Shown: one piece after another, positions 39,124 to 48,805 of the stretch
Layout: every line of letters starts with the position of its first letter
Numbering within the stretch: position 1 is the first letter of the stretch
DNA from: Cyanobacteria bacterium CYA
GTDB lineage: Bacteria; Planctomycetota; Phycisphaerae; Phycisphaerales; UBA1924
Length of the DNA: 64,000 nt
Assembly (NCBI GenBank): GCA_008363215.1
Contig: RHKP01000007.1
Coordinates: forward strand, 113,713-177,712
Reading direction: 5' to 3'
Program-made: the position numbers and the translations under genes
Notes under the pieces: model-generated
Seen by the model: only the letters and a program-made list of their open reading frames with translations
Databases searched by the model: none
Told to the model about the DNA's origin: nothing

Positions 39124-40394
39124 GCAGGGCAACCATGACCGCGGGCGCCGGCTATTCGTATCCCCTTGGGCTGTTCGAGGGATACGGGCTTGAACTGGAG
39201 TACATGATCGTCGACGAGGCGACGCTGGACATCCGCCCGGTGGCCGACCAGTTGTTCCGGGCGGCTGCGGGGCAGGATGCCTCGTGGCATCTGCCGGAGG
39301 GGGAGGACGGGCTGATGGGCTGGTCGAACGAACTGGCGCTGCACGTGCTTGAGTTCAAGACCACCCGGCCCACGCCGCGCCTGGACGGGATGGAGCAGCG
39401 ATTTCAGCAGCAGGTGTGCGAGGCTGAGAAGTTGCTCAAGCCGCTGGGCTGTCGCCTGCTGCCGACGGGGATGCACCCGTGGATGAACCCGGATCTGGAG
39501 ACGCGGCTGTGGCCTCACGAGAACAACGAGATTTACGCGGCCTACGACCGGATCTTCGGGTGTCGCGGGCACGGGTGGAGCAACCTTCAGAGCAGCCACA
39601 TCAACCTGCCGTTCGCCAATGACGAGGAGTTCGGGCGTCTGCACGCGGCGGTGCGGCTGGTGCTTCCGCTGCTGCCGGCGCTTGCGGCCAGTTCTCCGGT
39701 GGTGGACGGGAAGTGGTCTCCGGTGGCCGACTACAGGCTGGAGGCGTATCGCACCAACTCGAAGCGAGTGCCGGCGATGGCGGGGTCGTTGATTCCCGAG
39801 CCGGTGTTCACGCGGGGCGATTATGAGCGGGAGGTGCTGGGCAAACTGTACACGGCGATGGAGGGGCTGGACCCCGAGGGGGTTTTGCGGCACGAGTGGG
39901 CCAATGCTCGGGGATGCATCGCGCGGTTCGATCGCGGGTCGGTGGAGATCCGCCTGCTGGACTCACAAGAGTGCCCGCTGGCCGACATGGCCATCGTGGC
40001 GCTGGTGGGCGAACTGGTACGGGCGCTGGTGGAGGAGCGCTGGCTGACCTACAAGCAGCAGAGGGGCATTGCGACCGAGCCGCTGGCCAACGTGCTGGTG
40101 GACACGATGCGCTACGCCGAGCGAGCGCGGGTGAGCGAGCGTCGCATGCTGGAGGCGATGGGGATCAAGCGCACGATGACCTGGGCCAGCGACGTGTGGG
40201 GCGAACTGCTCGAGGAACTGATGCCGTCGCACCCGGTGTGGACGCCGGCGCTGCGGCAGATGCTCGCGGCCGGGACACTGTCAACGCGCATTTCGCGGTT
40301 GATCCGGCGCTATCCGACGCGTGGGGAACTGCACGGCGTGTACGCCGAACTGGCCGACTGCCTGCGAAGCGGGAGCCTGTTCCGTGTACGGTGA
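39120..40394 (+). CDS. Glutamate-cysteine ligase family 2 (GCS2/YbdK-like) carboxylate-amine ligase
   Basis: GLELEYMIVDEATLDIRP...WSNELALHVLEFKT...HINLPF...SVEIRLLDSQECP follows the GCS2 pattern. Confidence 0.88.
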   Translation: MSRATMTAGAGYSYPLGLFEGYGLELEYMIVDEATLDIRPVADQLFRAAAGQDASWHLPEGEDGLMGWSNELALHVLEFKTTRPTPRLDGMEQRFQQQVCEAEKLLKPLGCRLLPTGMHPWMNPDLETRLWPHENNEIYAAYDRIFGCRGHGWSNLQSSHINLPFANDEEFGRLHAAVRLVLPLLPALAASSPVVDGKWSPVADYRLEAYRTNSKRVPAMAGSLIPEPVFTRGDYEREVLGKLYTAMEGLDPEGVLRHEWANARGCIARFDRGSVEIRLLDSQECPLADMAIVALVGELVRALVEERWLTYKQQRGIATEPLANVLVDTMRYAERARVSERRMLEAMGIKRTMTWASDVWGELLEELMPSHPVWTPALRQMLAAGTLSTRISRLIRRYPTRGELHGVYAELADCLRSGSLFRVR

Positions 40395-41106
40395 GGAAAC
40401 GAGCATTGCGGCGCCGGCGGTGCTGATTTCCTGCGAACACGCGGGCAACGTGGTTCCGGAGGAGTATCGCGAACTTTTCGCGCACGCGCGCGATGAACTG
40501 GAGAGCCATCGCGGGTTTGACGCGGGCGCGCTCGAGGTGGCGCTGCGCCTCTCGGGCATGCTCGCCGCCCCGCTCTACCACACCTGCGTCACGCGGCTGC
40601 TGGTGGAGTGCAACCGGTCGGAAGATCACGCCGACCTGTTCAGCCGTTTCACGCGTCTGCTCCCCGATGATGAGAAGCAGCGCATCCTGGCGACCTACTA
40701 CCACCCCCACCGCTCGGCGGTGTGTCGGCAGGTGGAGATGTGGACCGCCCGCGGCCGCCCGGTTGTGCATGTCGGGGTCCACTCCTTCATCGATGAGTGG
40801 CCGGGACAGGACCGGAATTTTGAGATCGGACTGCTCTTCGACCCCGCCCGGATCTGGGAGGGCGAGATCTGCGCTCGCTGGGCCGAGGAAATCAGCGCTT
40901 TGTGGCCTCAGATCAGGGTGCGGGCCAACGAGCCCTATCTGGGTGTGGACGACGGGTTGACGACGACGCTGCGGGACCGGTTTGCGGGAATCGCGTACGC
41001 CGGGATTGAAGTCGAGTTGCGACAGGGGTTTCTGCTTTCTGAGGCGGTCGCGGAGGTGGGCTGGGTTCTCGGGGCGGCATTGAGACAGGTCCTGGGAGAG
41101 GATTGA
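40384..41106 (+). CDS. N-formylglutamate amidohydrolase (FGase) family protein
   Basis: GTG at 40384 overlaps the GCS2 stop. VLISCEHAGNVVPEEY...HRGFDAGAL...LLVECNRS...VHVGVHSF is characteristic of the FGase family. Confidence 0.82.
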   Translation: MYGEETSIAAPAVLISCEHAGNVVPEEYRELFAHARDELESHRGFDAGALEVALRLSGMLAAPLYHTCVTRLLVECNRSEDHADLFSRFTRLLPDDEKQRILATYYHPHRSAVCRQVEMWTARGRPVVHVGVHSFIDEWPGQDRNFEIGLLFDPARIWEGEICARWAEEISALWPQIRVRANEPYLGVDDGLTTTLRDRFAGIAYAGIEVELRQGFLLSEAVAEVGWVLGAALRQVLGED

Positions 41107-41316
41107 TGGACACCAACGGGCTGATTCGGCTCGTCTGGAATACACGGTCTTTTTGAAGCAGTTTTCACGAGCGGCTGATTGCAGACATTGAGGTGTCCTC
41201 TCATCGAACCGGACCTCCGAGGCAACCGTCCAGGCAGCGGATTCCGTGCGAGGTAGTCGAGGCGGGAGGGGCCTTTTCGACAGGGCGTGCGCGATTCAAG
41301 CACGCGGGCCTGAACG

Positions 41317-41790
41317 TTGAGCGCGAGAAGAATGCGCACGACGGGCCGGCGGGCAACCGCGTGCTCCACGATGGGCAACGGGACGTGGACGGCGGAGATG
41401 ATTCCGGCGAAGATCACGCCGCCGGCCGTTCGCGTGAGGCAGCCAGCGGGGGGACGCGTCCGCTTCGGCCCGGGCAAGATGACCAGCATGGGCAACTGCG
41501 CCGACCTGGTGGTGGCGTTCAACGGGCAGGTGCCGAACGAACGGCTGCTCAAGGACGCGTCCGGCGGAGGCACGGTGATTCTGCTCGAGAACAAGGAGGC
41601 GGCCGACCCGGGCGAGCAGATCCGCGACATGTACAACTCGGCGGTGGAAGGCTTCGGCTCGCGCGGACTGATTGTGCATGAACCGGTGGTGCATGAGGCC
41701 TGCCTGGAGTTCGTCCATGACCCCAGCCGGCGATGCTGGGCGCGGTTGCAGAGGCGGCGCACGGGTGCGGGCATTCGTCGGCGGGTTTGA
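41317..41790 (+). pseudogene. Possible remnant of a 2-oxoacid:ferredoxin oxidoreductase (POR/KorA gamma-type domain)
   Basis: ...GGRVRFGPGKMTSMGNCADLVVAFNGQVPNERLLKDASGGGTVILLENK... resembles the catalytic-domain segment (aDlLVAFN...l..GG.vi). It is far too short for the family, and neighbouring frames carry further fragments. Confidence 0.3.
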
Positions 41791-42012
41791 AGGCATGCAG
41801 GCATTACCCGCACAAGTCGCCGCCAAGGCCGCCCCTGCCGCCGCCGCACACACGATGAACGCCCGTGGCGCGTGGGCATCTGCACCCCCCGCGGCGGTCC
41901 CGACGGCTACTTTGCTCGCATCGGACCGGTCGACGAGCAGGCACAGGTACACATGTCCACCGGCCTGCGCGCGCGTGGAGTTGCTGCGGCTCCCTTCGCC
42001 CGGACTTGATGC

Positions 42013-42426
42013 TCAGTAGCGGATGATCGCGACAGTGCCGATGAACCCGCAGGCGATCACCGACCCCCACACCGCGGGGTAATACCCACGCTCCATGAGC
42101 AGGTATGAACTGACGGCAATGCCCAGCCACATCATCGCGATTGAAACAACCTTGGCCCGGGCGGGCATGCGGTCGCGCTGGTCGATGATCTGGAAGAACG
42201 GGGCGAAGAGCGGGAACCTGCGGACGCGATCTTCGATCCACGGGCACGAGCGGGCGAAACACCAGCAGGCGACGATCAGAAAAATGGTAGTGGGCAGGCC
42301 GGGGATGACGGCTCCCACGGCCCCCATGCCCACGCAGGCAAGACCGACCGCGGCCAAAGCCCATCGCCGAGGCTGGCTGACCACGCTGCGGGGACAACTT
42401 GTCGGGCGCACTGGAAGGTTGGTCAT
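42013..42426 (-). CDS. DUF454 (YbaN-like) inner membrane protein
   Basis: ATG at 42426. ...VGMGAVGAVIPGLPTTIFLIVACWCFARSCPWIEDRV... is the typical YbaN signature. Confidence 0.85.
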   Translation of the reverse strand: MTNLPVRPTSCPRSVVSQPRRWALAAVGLACVGMGAVGAVIPGLPTTIFLIVACWCFARSCPWIEDRVRRFPLFAPFFQIIDQRDRMPARAKVVSIAMMWLGIAVSSYLLMERGYYPAVWGSVIACGFIGTVAIIRY

Positions 42427-42579
42427 GGGATCTGACCTGCTGCTCCGGGACGGGGGATCCGATGATAGTCGTCTGGTGCGAATAGGGCGGATCGTGCGGT
42501 TCTTCGGGCCGGAATAGGGGTGCGTTCTCGGCGCGAATGGCCGCGTGCCGGCTGCGTGCACGGCCCTGGAGGGCGATGC

Positions 42580-44541
42580 TCAGGCACGGTCGATTGTGTC
42601 CTTCCCGACGGCCAGCAGCGGCACGCCGGCCCCGTGGCGCACGTCGGAGATGGTCTGGCCGTGCACGAGGTCGGCCAGCCCGCGGTGCCCGTGCCCGCCG
42701 ACGACGAGGATGTCGAGTTGCTCTCCCCTGGCGATGCGGACCAGTTCGCGTGCCACCTGTCCGTAGCCGAGCACGCCGCGAATGCCGGCGATGTTGCGTC
42801 CGCCCAGGCGGGCCTGCAGTTGAGCGACCAGTTCGCTCATGTAGCGTTCGTCTTCGCGGCTTTCGGTGTCGCCGGTCTGCTGCCCGTACCACTGCCCGCC
42901 GACCCCTTCGACCACGTGGATGAGCAGCAGTTCGGCGCCGTGGATCTCCGCGAGGCTGATGGCCTCGGACAGCATGCCCGAGTCCGAGGCCTTGGCTTCC
43001 AGCGCCACGCCGACGCGGGCGAAGCGGCGCGTTGCCTGCAACGCGCGGGCGGACACGTCGGCAGCCGCCACGGGCGGGGGAGGGACATGGTCGCGTTCGG
43101 GACGGAAGATCATCCACACCAGCATCGCGCCCAGGGCCAAGGCCGGCGGAATTGTGCACACCATCACGAGCCAGCCCCATGAACCCGCGGCCCTGGACCA
43201 CGAGCCGATTTCTCCGACCACCAGCAGCACGTTGAGCACGATGATGATGCCGGCGATGATCCACGCCAACACCTGGACCCACGCGCGGTTGACGAACGGG
43301 CCCATCTTCGGGCGGCTGGAGGTGAACTTGATGAGCGGAACGACGGCGAAGGGCAGTTGCATGCTGAGAATGACCTGGCTGAGAATGAGCAGTTTGTAGG
43401 AGCCGGTGTTGCCCATGACGCCGATGACGATCATCGCGGGAACGAGGGCGATGGAGCGCGTGATGAGCCGTCGCAGCCACGGGCGGATGCGGAAGTGCAG
43501 GAAGCCTTCCATGGTGATCTGCCCGGCCAGCGTGCCGGTCAGCGTCGAGGACTGCCCGGCACAGAGCAGCGCCAGCGCGAAGGCGACGGGCGCCAGCGCC
43601 GTGCCGAGGATATCGTCGAGCAGCGCGTGCGCCTGGTCGAGTTCATTGACCTCGATGCCGTTGCGCCAGAAGGTGGCGGCCGCGAGGATGAGAATCGCGG
43701 CGTTCACGAAGAACGCGGCGTTGAGGGCCACGGCCGAGTCGATGAAGTTGTAGCGGCAGGCCTGACGGATCCCCTGCCGGGTGCGCTGTACGTTGCGTGT
43801 CTGCGCCAGCGAGGAGTGCAGATACAGGTTGTGCGGCATGACCGTGGCGCCGAGCATTCCGATGGCCACGTACAACTCCGCCCGGCTGAGCGAGCCGGGC
43901 ACGAACCCCGAAGCGACGCCCGACCACTCGGGCCTGGAGATGAAGATCTGGAAGATGAAGCACACGCCGATGGTGAAGACCAGTGCGAGGATGAAGGCCT
44001 CCATCTTGCGGATGCCCAGACGCTGCAGCCCGAGCAGCACCAGCACGTCGAAACCGGTAATCAAGACGGCAACTTCCAGCGGGATGCCGAACAGCAGGTT
44101 GAGCCCGATCGCCGTGCCGAGCAGTTCGGCCAGGTCCGTGGCGGCGATGGCGACCTCGCACAGGAAGAAGAGCACCCATCGCACGGGGCGCGGGTACGAG
44201 TCACGGCATGCCTGGGCCAGGTCGCGCCCCGTGACCAGCCCCAGGCGGGCCGACAGCGTCTGCAGGAGCACCGCCATCAGGTTGCTCATCAGGAGAATCC
44301 AGATGAGTCTGTATCCAAAACTGGCGCCTGCCTCCAGGTCGGTCGCCCAGTTGCCCGGATCCATGTACCCGACGGACACCATGTATGCCGGTCCGAGAAA
44401 GGCGAAGAGGCGTCGGAACAGGCGGGGGTGATCGACACCGACGGAGCGATGCACGTCGACCAGCGACGGGTCAGGGAACGGCGCCGTGGCGCCGCCGCCT
44501 GCGGGCGAACCTGATGCCGACGCCAGATCATCCTGACGCAT
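42580..44541 (-). CDS. mntH: Nramp-family divalent metal (Mn2+/Fe2+) transporter fused to a C-terminal universal stress protein domain
   Basis: GPAYMVSVGYMDPGNWATDLEAG is the Nramp DPGN motif and about 11 TM helices follow. The C-terminal ~150 aa (…LLLIHVVEG...DILVVGGHGHRGLADLVHGQTISDVRHGAGVPLLAV) is a USP fold. Confidence 0.9.
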   Translation of the reverse strand: MRQDDLASASGSPAGGGATAPFPDPSLVDVHRSVGVDHPRLFRRLFAFLGPAYMVSVGYMDPGNWATDLEAGASFGYRLIWILLMSNLMAVLLQTLSARLGLVTGRDLAQACRDSYPRPVRWVLFFLCEVAIAATDLAELLGTAIGLNLLFGIPLEVAVLITGFDVLVLLGLQRLGIRKMEAFILALVFTIGVCFIFQIFISRPEWSGVASGFVPGSLSRAELYVAIGMLGATVMPHNLYLHSSLAQTRNVQRTRQGIRQACRYNFIDSAVALNAAFFVNAAILILAAATFWRNGIEVNELDQAHALLDDILGTALAPVAFALALLCAGQSSTLTGTLAGQITMEGFLHFRIRPWLRRLITRSIALVPAMIVIGVMGNTGSYKLLILSQVILSMQLPFAVVPLIKFTSSRPKMGPFVNRAWVQVLAWIIAGIIIVLNVLLVVGEIGSWSRAAGSWGWLVMVCTIPPALALGAMLVWMIFRPERDHVPPPPVAAADVSARALQATRRFARVGVALEAKASDSGMLSEAISLAEIHGAELLLIHVVEGVGGQWYGQQTGDTESREDERYMSELVAQLQARLGGRNIAGIRGVLGYGQVARELVRIARGEQLDILVVGGHGHRGLADLVHGQTISDVRHGAGVPLLAVGKDTIDRA

Positions 44542-44584
44542 GGTGACCGCTCCCTGCCTTGACGAAGCCCCCGGACACGCAGAA

Positions 44585-44626
44585 TGTAGCCACACCTACA
44601 ATAGCACTGAGAGAGGAGCGCGTCAA
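44585..44626 (-). promoter_or_regulatory. Candidate sigma70-type promoter with an overlapping DtxR/MntR-like operator upstream of mntH
   Basis: On the minus strand: TTGACG (44626-44621), 17 nt, TATTGT (44603-44598). The palindrome TGTAGGTGTGGCTACA (44600-44585) overlaps the -10 and resembles the TAGGTTAGGCTAAC core of DtxR-family boxes. Confidence 0.45.
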
Positions 44627-44784
44627 GTGCGTTCCCGGGGCTCGACCTGCCCGCCGTGTTCTGAACGTGCCGGCGGCAGCGCCGCGACGGCTCTGCGTTG
44701 CGCTCTGAGGGCGCTGTTTGCCGGATGGCACGTTCGGACGCTGGGGTGCGGGGGCCTCACACGCCGATCGGCAGGCCGAGGCGA

Positions 44785-47097
44785 TCAATGCGTCGCGAAC
44801 AGGAAGCCGATGAGCGTGGCGCTGATGGCCACCATCGCGGCCATGAGCGCTTCACCGGCCACCAGGCCCGACGCCACGGGGATGGTGTACTTCTCGGCCG
44901 TCTTCTTGTGGGCCAATTGCCAGGCCCAGGCGATGACTGCACCGATGGCAAACCCAAGCGCGTTGTACCAGGGCACGACCCACGCCAAGCCCAGGCCCAT
45001 GGCCGAAGGCACCCAATGGCGTGCCTTGATCGGCAGGGCGGACTGAATCAGCGGCAGGGCGATCCCGATCACGCCTCCCACCAGGATGGCCATCTGTGCC
45101 GTCGCGGGGATGGAGTGCAAGCCCTGGGTCAGCGCGCGGGCCACGGCTTCCCACATGATTGCGGCCGGCGGGTTGAAACTCTCAAACGTCTTCACGTCGG
45201 GCACCATGAGGTACCAGGCCGGGACGATCACCAGCGTGCCGAAGAAGACGCCGATGAACTGCGCCAGGAACTGCTTGCGAGGATTGGCGCCGAGCAGATA
45301 CCCGCTCTTCAGGTCAGTGAGCAGGTCAGCCGACGCTCCGCCCGCGGCGGCGGTCGTGCCCGCTGACATCAGGTTTGGGACGATCTGCCCCTTGGCCAGC
45401 ACGGCGTAGACCAACTGCGTCACCTTGCCCATCGCACCGATCGGGGTGGTGTCCGTCTCGCCGGTCGCGCGGCAGCACACCAGCGCGATCGGATAGGTCA
45501 TCACCACCGACACCAGTCCGAGCCACCAAGACATGTGGAAGGCCAGCATGGACAGCACCATGATGCCGATCGTGATCGGGAGCATGCCGATGATGAACCA
45601 TGAGTTGGGCACTTCCAGGCGCTGCATTTCGTCAAGATCGGCGGCCGAGGCGCCCGTCGCTCCGCGGCCTTCCCTGCGGAACGCGCGGACCAGTGTCTTC
45701 CATCCCATCGCCACGGCTGTCAGGCTTGAGAACACCATGATCGACGTGCCGCCCCACAGCGCCCACTGCACGGGATAGAACCCGAACCTGGCGTTCGGAT
45801 TGCCGATGTAGGTCCACTTGACCTTGGGGGCTTTTTCGGCCGTCGCCGGAGCGGCGGGGGCTGCGTCCTGTCCTTCCGGGGGTGCGGGAGGCTGGATCAA
45901 TGCGGGATCGACTCCCAGTTCGATCAGGTTCCGTCGCCACGTGTCCTCATCGACATACGTCATCGTGTTCACGTCCAGACCCTTGCGGATCTCGCGTCCG
46001 AGTTCCTTGACGGAGGTGACATATGTCTGGTTGATGCCCCACAAGTCCTCGGTGCGCTGAATGGCGGCAACGGCCTGCGGGTTGTTCCGGAGATGATCCA
46101 TGTCGTACTGGAAGATTGCCGGAGCGGCGACGAAATACAGGAGCGCCGACCCCACGAGCATCGAGAGCGACACGCGCAGCCCGACGATCATGCCCGCCGC
46201 CACGAGCAACATGCTCGGCTCAAATGCCCAGTTGGCCACGTTGACATTGCGGAACTTGCTGCTCAGGATCGAACTGGGCCAAGGGAACAAATCGGGCATG
46301 CGGAAGGGAAACTGAGACAACGTCGCCAGCGTCTGGTCCTTGACCTTGCCGACGCCATGCAGCGCCTCGATGACGGCCGGATAGGTGCGGTAGAGAGCCA
46401 GCGCCATGCCCGCGAACAGCGCGATGATGAGCGCCCGTGCTTTCTGGGCCGCCTCACGTCCGTGTGAATACAGCGACCGCAGCGTCGTTGCCGCGGCGAT
46501 GCCGCTGGGGAAACGCAACTGCTCGTGATTGATCATCTGTCGCTTCATCGGCACCGCGATGAACACGCCCAGCGCCGCGGTCAGGAACACGAACGGCACC
46601 AGGTAGTACCAGGCAAAGTGCTCGCGTTGAATGAGCAGCAGAGCGCCGAAAGCCGTTCCGATCGTGCCGCCGGTGGAATACCCGGCGGCCGAGGCCGTCG
46701 ACTGCATGCAGTTGTTCTCAAGGATGGTCATCTTGCTCAGGCGGTGCCCCGAGGCCGCACGCAGCGTGTTCCAGATCACGTATGACAGGATGCACGCGGT
46801 GATCGCCACGCCGAACGCCCATCCCAGTTTGATGGTCGTGTACAGGTTCGAGATGGACATGGCCATCCCGATGATCGCTCCCATCACTACCGCCCGCACC
46901 GTCAACTGCGGCACACGATCGCCACGGTAGATGTGCGTGTACCAGAAGTGATCCTTCTCCTCGGGGGTCGCGTCCTCGGGCAGCGCAGGGAGTTCCTCAA
47001 ATGTCGGCGCGATCTGGTACGTCTCCAGATCAAACTTCTCTCCTGACGGCTGGGACTGCGGGACGCCAGGACGAGCAGGACTGGGCTGGTCACTCAT
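44785..47097 (-). CDS. OPT-family oligopeptide/metal-chelate transporter
   Basis: ATG at 47097. ...QLTVRAVVMGAIIGMAMSISNLYTTIKLGWAFGVAITACILSY... and ...GTTAAAGGASADLLTDLKSGYLLGANPRKQF... are OPT-superfamily hallmarks. Confidence 0.9.
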   Translation of the reverse strand: MSDQPSPARPGVPQSQPSGEKFDLETYQIAPTFEELPALPEDATPEEKDHFWYTHIYRGDRVPQLTVRAVVMGAIIGMAMSISNLYTTIKLGWAFGVAITACILSYVIWNTLRAASGHRLSKMTILENNCMQSTASAAGYSTGGTIGTAFGALLLIQREHFAWYYLVPFVFLTAALGVFIAVPMKRQMINHEQLRFPSGIAAATTLRSLYSHGREAAQKARALIIALFAGMALALYRTYPAVIEALHGVGKVKDQTLATLSQFPFRMPDLFPWPSSILSSKFRNVNVANWAFEPSMLLVAAGMIVGLRVSLSMLVGSALLYFVAAPAIFQYDMDHLRNNPQAVAAIQRTEDLWGINQTYVTSVKELGREIRKGLDVNTMTYVDEDTWRRNLIELGVDPALIQPPAPPEGQDAAPAAPATAEKAPKVKWTYIGNPNARFGFYPVQWALWGGTSIMVFSSLTAVAMGWKTLVRAFRREGRGATGASAADLDEMQRLEVPNSWFIIGMLPITIGIMVLSMLAFHMSWWLGLVSVVMTYPIALVCCRATGETDTTPIGAMGKVTQLVYAVLAKGQIVPNLMSAGTTAAAGGASADLLTDLKSGYLLGANPRKQFLAQFIGVFFGTLVIVPAWYLMVPDVKTFESFNPPAAIMWEAVARALTQGLHSIPATAQMAILVGGVIGIALPLIQSALPIKARHWVPSAMGLGLAWVVPWYNALGFAIGAVIAWAWQLAHKKTAEKYTIPVASGLVAGEALMAAMVAISATLIGFLFATH

Positions 47098-47356
47098 GGG
47101 ACGGGCACTCCACCGGCGCACCGCGGCCTCCATCGCCGAGTGCGACGATCCGTTACGCTACCACGTTTTGCTCGCCCCCGCCACTGGCCCCGGAATCGTC
47201 ATGGAACCCATCGCCCGCCCGGCGCCGCGCATCAGCACCCTGCGCAACTGCGGCCGAACCGGCTCCACGACGAACGGGGCACGGCCGCGAGAGGCCGAGC
47301 CTTCCGAGCCGGACTGAATACAATCCTGTGTCAAGCCAAGGAAGGAGTTGCTCACC

Positions 47357-47953
47357 ATGGCTCGCCTGCTTCCCGCTGCTTTGGCCGTACTCGGGCTGTC
47401 TGCTCCCGTCCTCGCCCACACGGGGCCCGACATGGGCGCTCACGACGCCTTTGTCGGAGGACTTCTTCACCCGTGGCTCGGCTGGGACCACCTGCTGGCC
47501 ATGCTGGCCGTCGGCGTCTGGGCCGTCCAGATCGGACGCCGGGCGTGCTGGGTGCTCCCTGCGGCGTTCGTCTCCTGCATGATCGGCGGGTGCCTGCTCA
47601 GCCTGCTCGGGCTGCGCACACCCATGACCGAGGCCGGCATCGTCACGTCAGTCCTCGTCCTCGGGGTGATGGTTGCGCTGCGCTGGCGCCCATCGCCGGC
47701 GCTGGCGGGCGTGCTGGTCGGCGCGATGGCGATCTTCCACGGCTCAGCCCACGCTGCTGAACTTCCGGCTGGCGCTTCGGTCGCTGGATTCGTCATCGGC
47801 TTTGCCGTCGCGACCGGCGCGCTGCACCTGCTCGGCATTCTCATCGCGATGAGATTGGTCGACAAGCGCCCCGGGCTGGTCCGACTGGCCGGAGCAGGCG
47901 TGGTCGCCACCGGCGTGGCCTTCGCGCTGGCGCCTGCATGGTTGAGCGCGTGA
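47357..47953 (+). CDS. hupE: HupE/UreJ-family (Ni/Co) membrane protein
   Basis: ATG at 47357 lies 9 nt after AAGGAG. Signal plus HTGPD..., GGLLHPWLGWDHLLAMLAVGVWA and FHGSAHAAE match HupE/UreJ. Confidence 0.85.
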   Translation: MARLLPAALAVLGLSAPVLAHTGPDMGAHDAFVGGLLHPWLGWDHLLAMLAVGVWAVQIGRRACWVLPAAFVSCMIGGCLLSLLGLRTPMTEAGIVTSVLVLGVMVALRWRPSPALAGVLVGAMAIFHGSAHAAELPAGASVAGFVIGFAVATGALHLLGILIAMRLVDKRPGLVRLAGAGVVATGVAFALAPAWLSA

Positions 47954-48316
47954 GCCGCTTCCATTCACCCGGTGGACATGCGGCAGGCGCCCGCGCATGG
48001 CTCTGGACACCATGCCGTACACTCGATTTTTGAGCGGCGGCACGCGTCGGTTTTGATACTCTCTTTGCCGACCTGTTGAGGGGGGTCTGTGTCTGTTTGA
48101 CGGGACGGCGCCGTCCGATCACCGCGCCGGGGCCGACAAGTACTGCTTTCTGCGGGCCTCGCGAGGACAGGAACTGCGGCGGAATTCGACTGTTTCGACC
48201 TTGCACCCACCCAGGTCCGGTCGCGCACACTTCCATTTTGAGGACAAGCCCCGATGCAAACCGAAGTCGTCAAGTGTCATCCTATTGGTGACGATGGCGC
48301 ACTTCCGAGGTGAGAC

Positions 48317-48541
48317 ATGCGCAAGACACCAATGGATGCAGATCCGGCTGTTCCGTCGGCCTTTGGGCGCGGCGCGGCCACGCCCACCCGGCGATCGCCC
48401 GCCTTTGCCCGTCGTGAAGTTCGCATCGCTGAACGCGCGCGTGAGATATGGCTGCTCGAAGGATGCCCCACCGGGCGCGAACGAGAGCACTGGGCCCGGG
48501 CCGAAGAAGTCGTCCGGCTGCTCGACAATGTCGAGAGTTGA
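48317..48541 (+). CDS. DUF2934-domain small protein
   Basis: REVRIAERAREIWLLEGCPTGREREHWARAEEVV matches the DUF2934 pattern (IrerAyelW..eGrP.Gr...HW..AE). Confidence 0.7.
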   Translation: MRKTPMDADPAVPSAFGRGAATPTRRSPAFARREVRIAERAREIWLLEGCPTGREREHWARAEEVVRLLDNVES

Positions 48542-48744
48542 CCGACGCGCCGGCACGACCACCTGTCTGTCATGCCCGGGCGCGCGCGGCGCCGCTCGAC
48601 GCAATCCGGCATCGTGGACTTCCAATAGGATATTCGTACAGACCAGCCCCTGAGAGTCACATCAGGGACGCCTCTCTTCTCGCCCGACTGCACGACATCG
48701 AGCAGCAACTGGCCCGCGTTGCCGGGCCGACTCGGCAGTTTGCC

Positions 48745-48774
48745 GAAGAACGAAAACGAGGGCGTGCGCCCTCG
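48745..48774 (-). terminator. Rho-independent terminator after citrate synthase
   Basis: Minus strand: CGAGGGCG-ca-CGCCCTCG (48774-48757) followed by TTTTCGTTCTT. Confidence 0.75.
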
Positions 48775-48805
48775 GCTCGTGCCCCGCCAATCTCGACTCA
48801 ATGCT

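Noticed and set aside
47177-47186. CCCGCCACTG, a motif conserved in cobalamin riboswitches, upstream of hupE (HupE-family genes are sometimes B12-riboswitch controlled)
   Set aside because: I could not find convincing GGGAA / GGTG.AA.TCC elements at the proper spacing or a good B12 box (only a weak GGCCGAACCGGC). A TACAAT -10-like hexamer near 47317 would leave too short a leader. A cmsearch with RF00174 over 47098-47356 would settle it.
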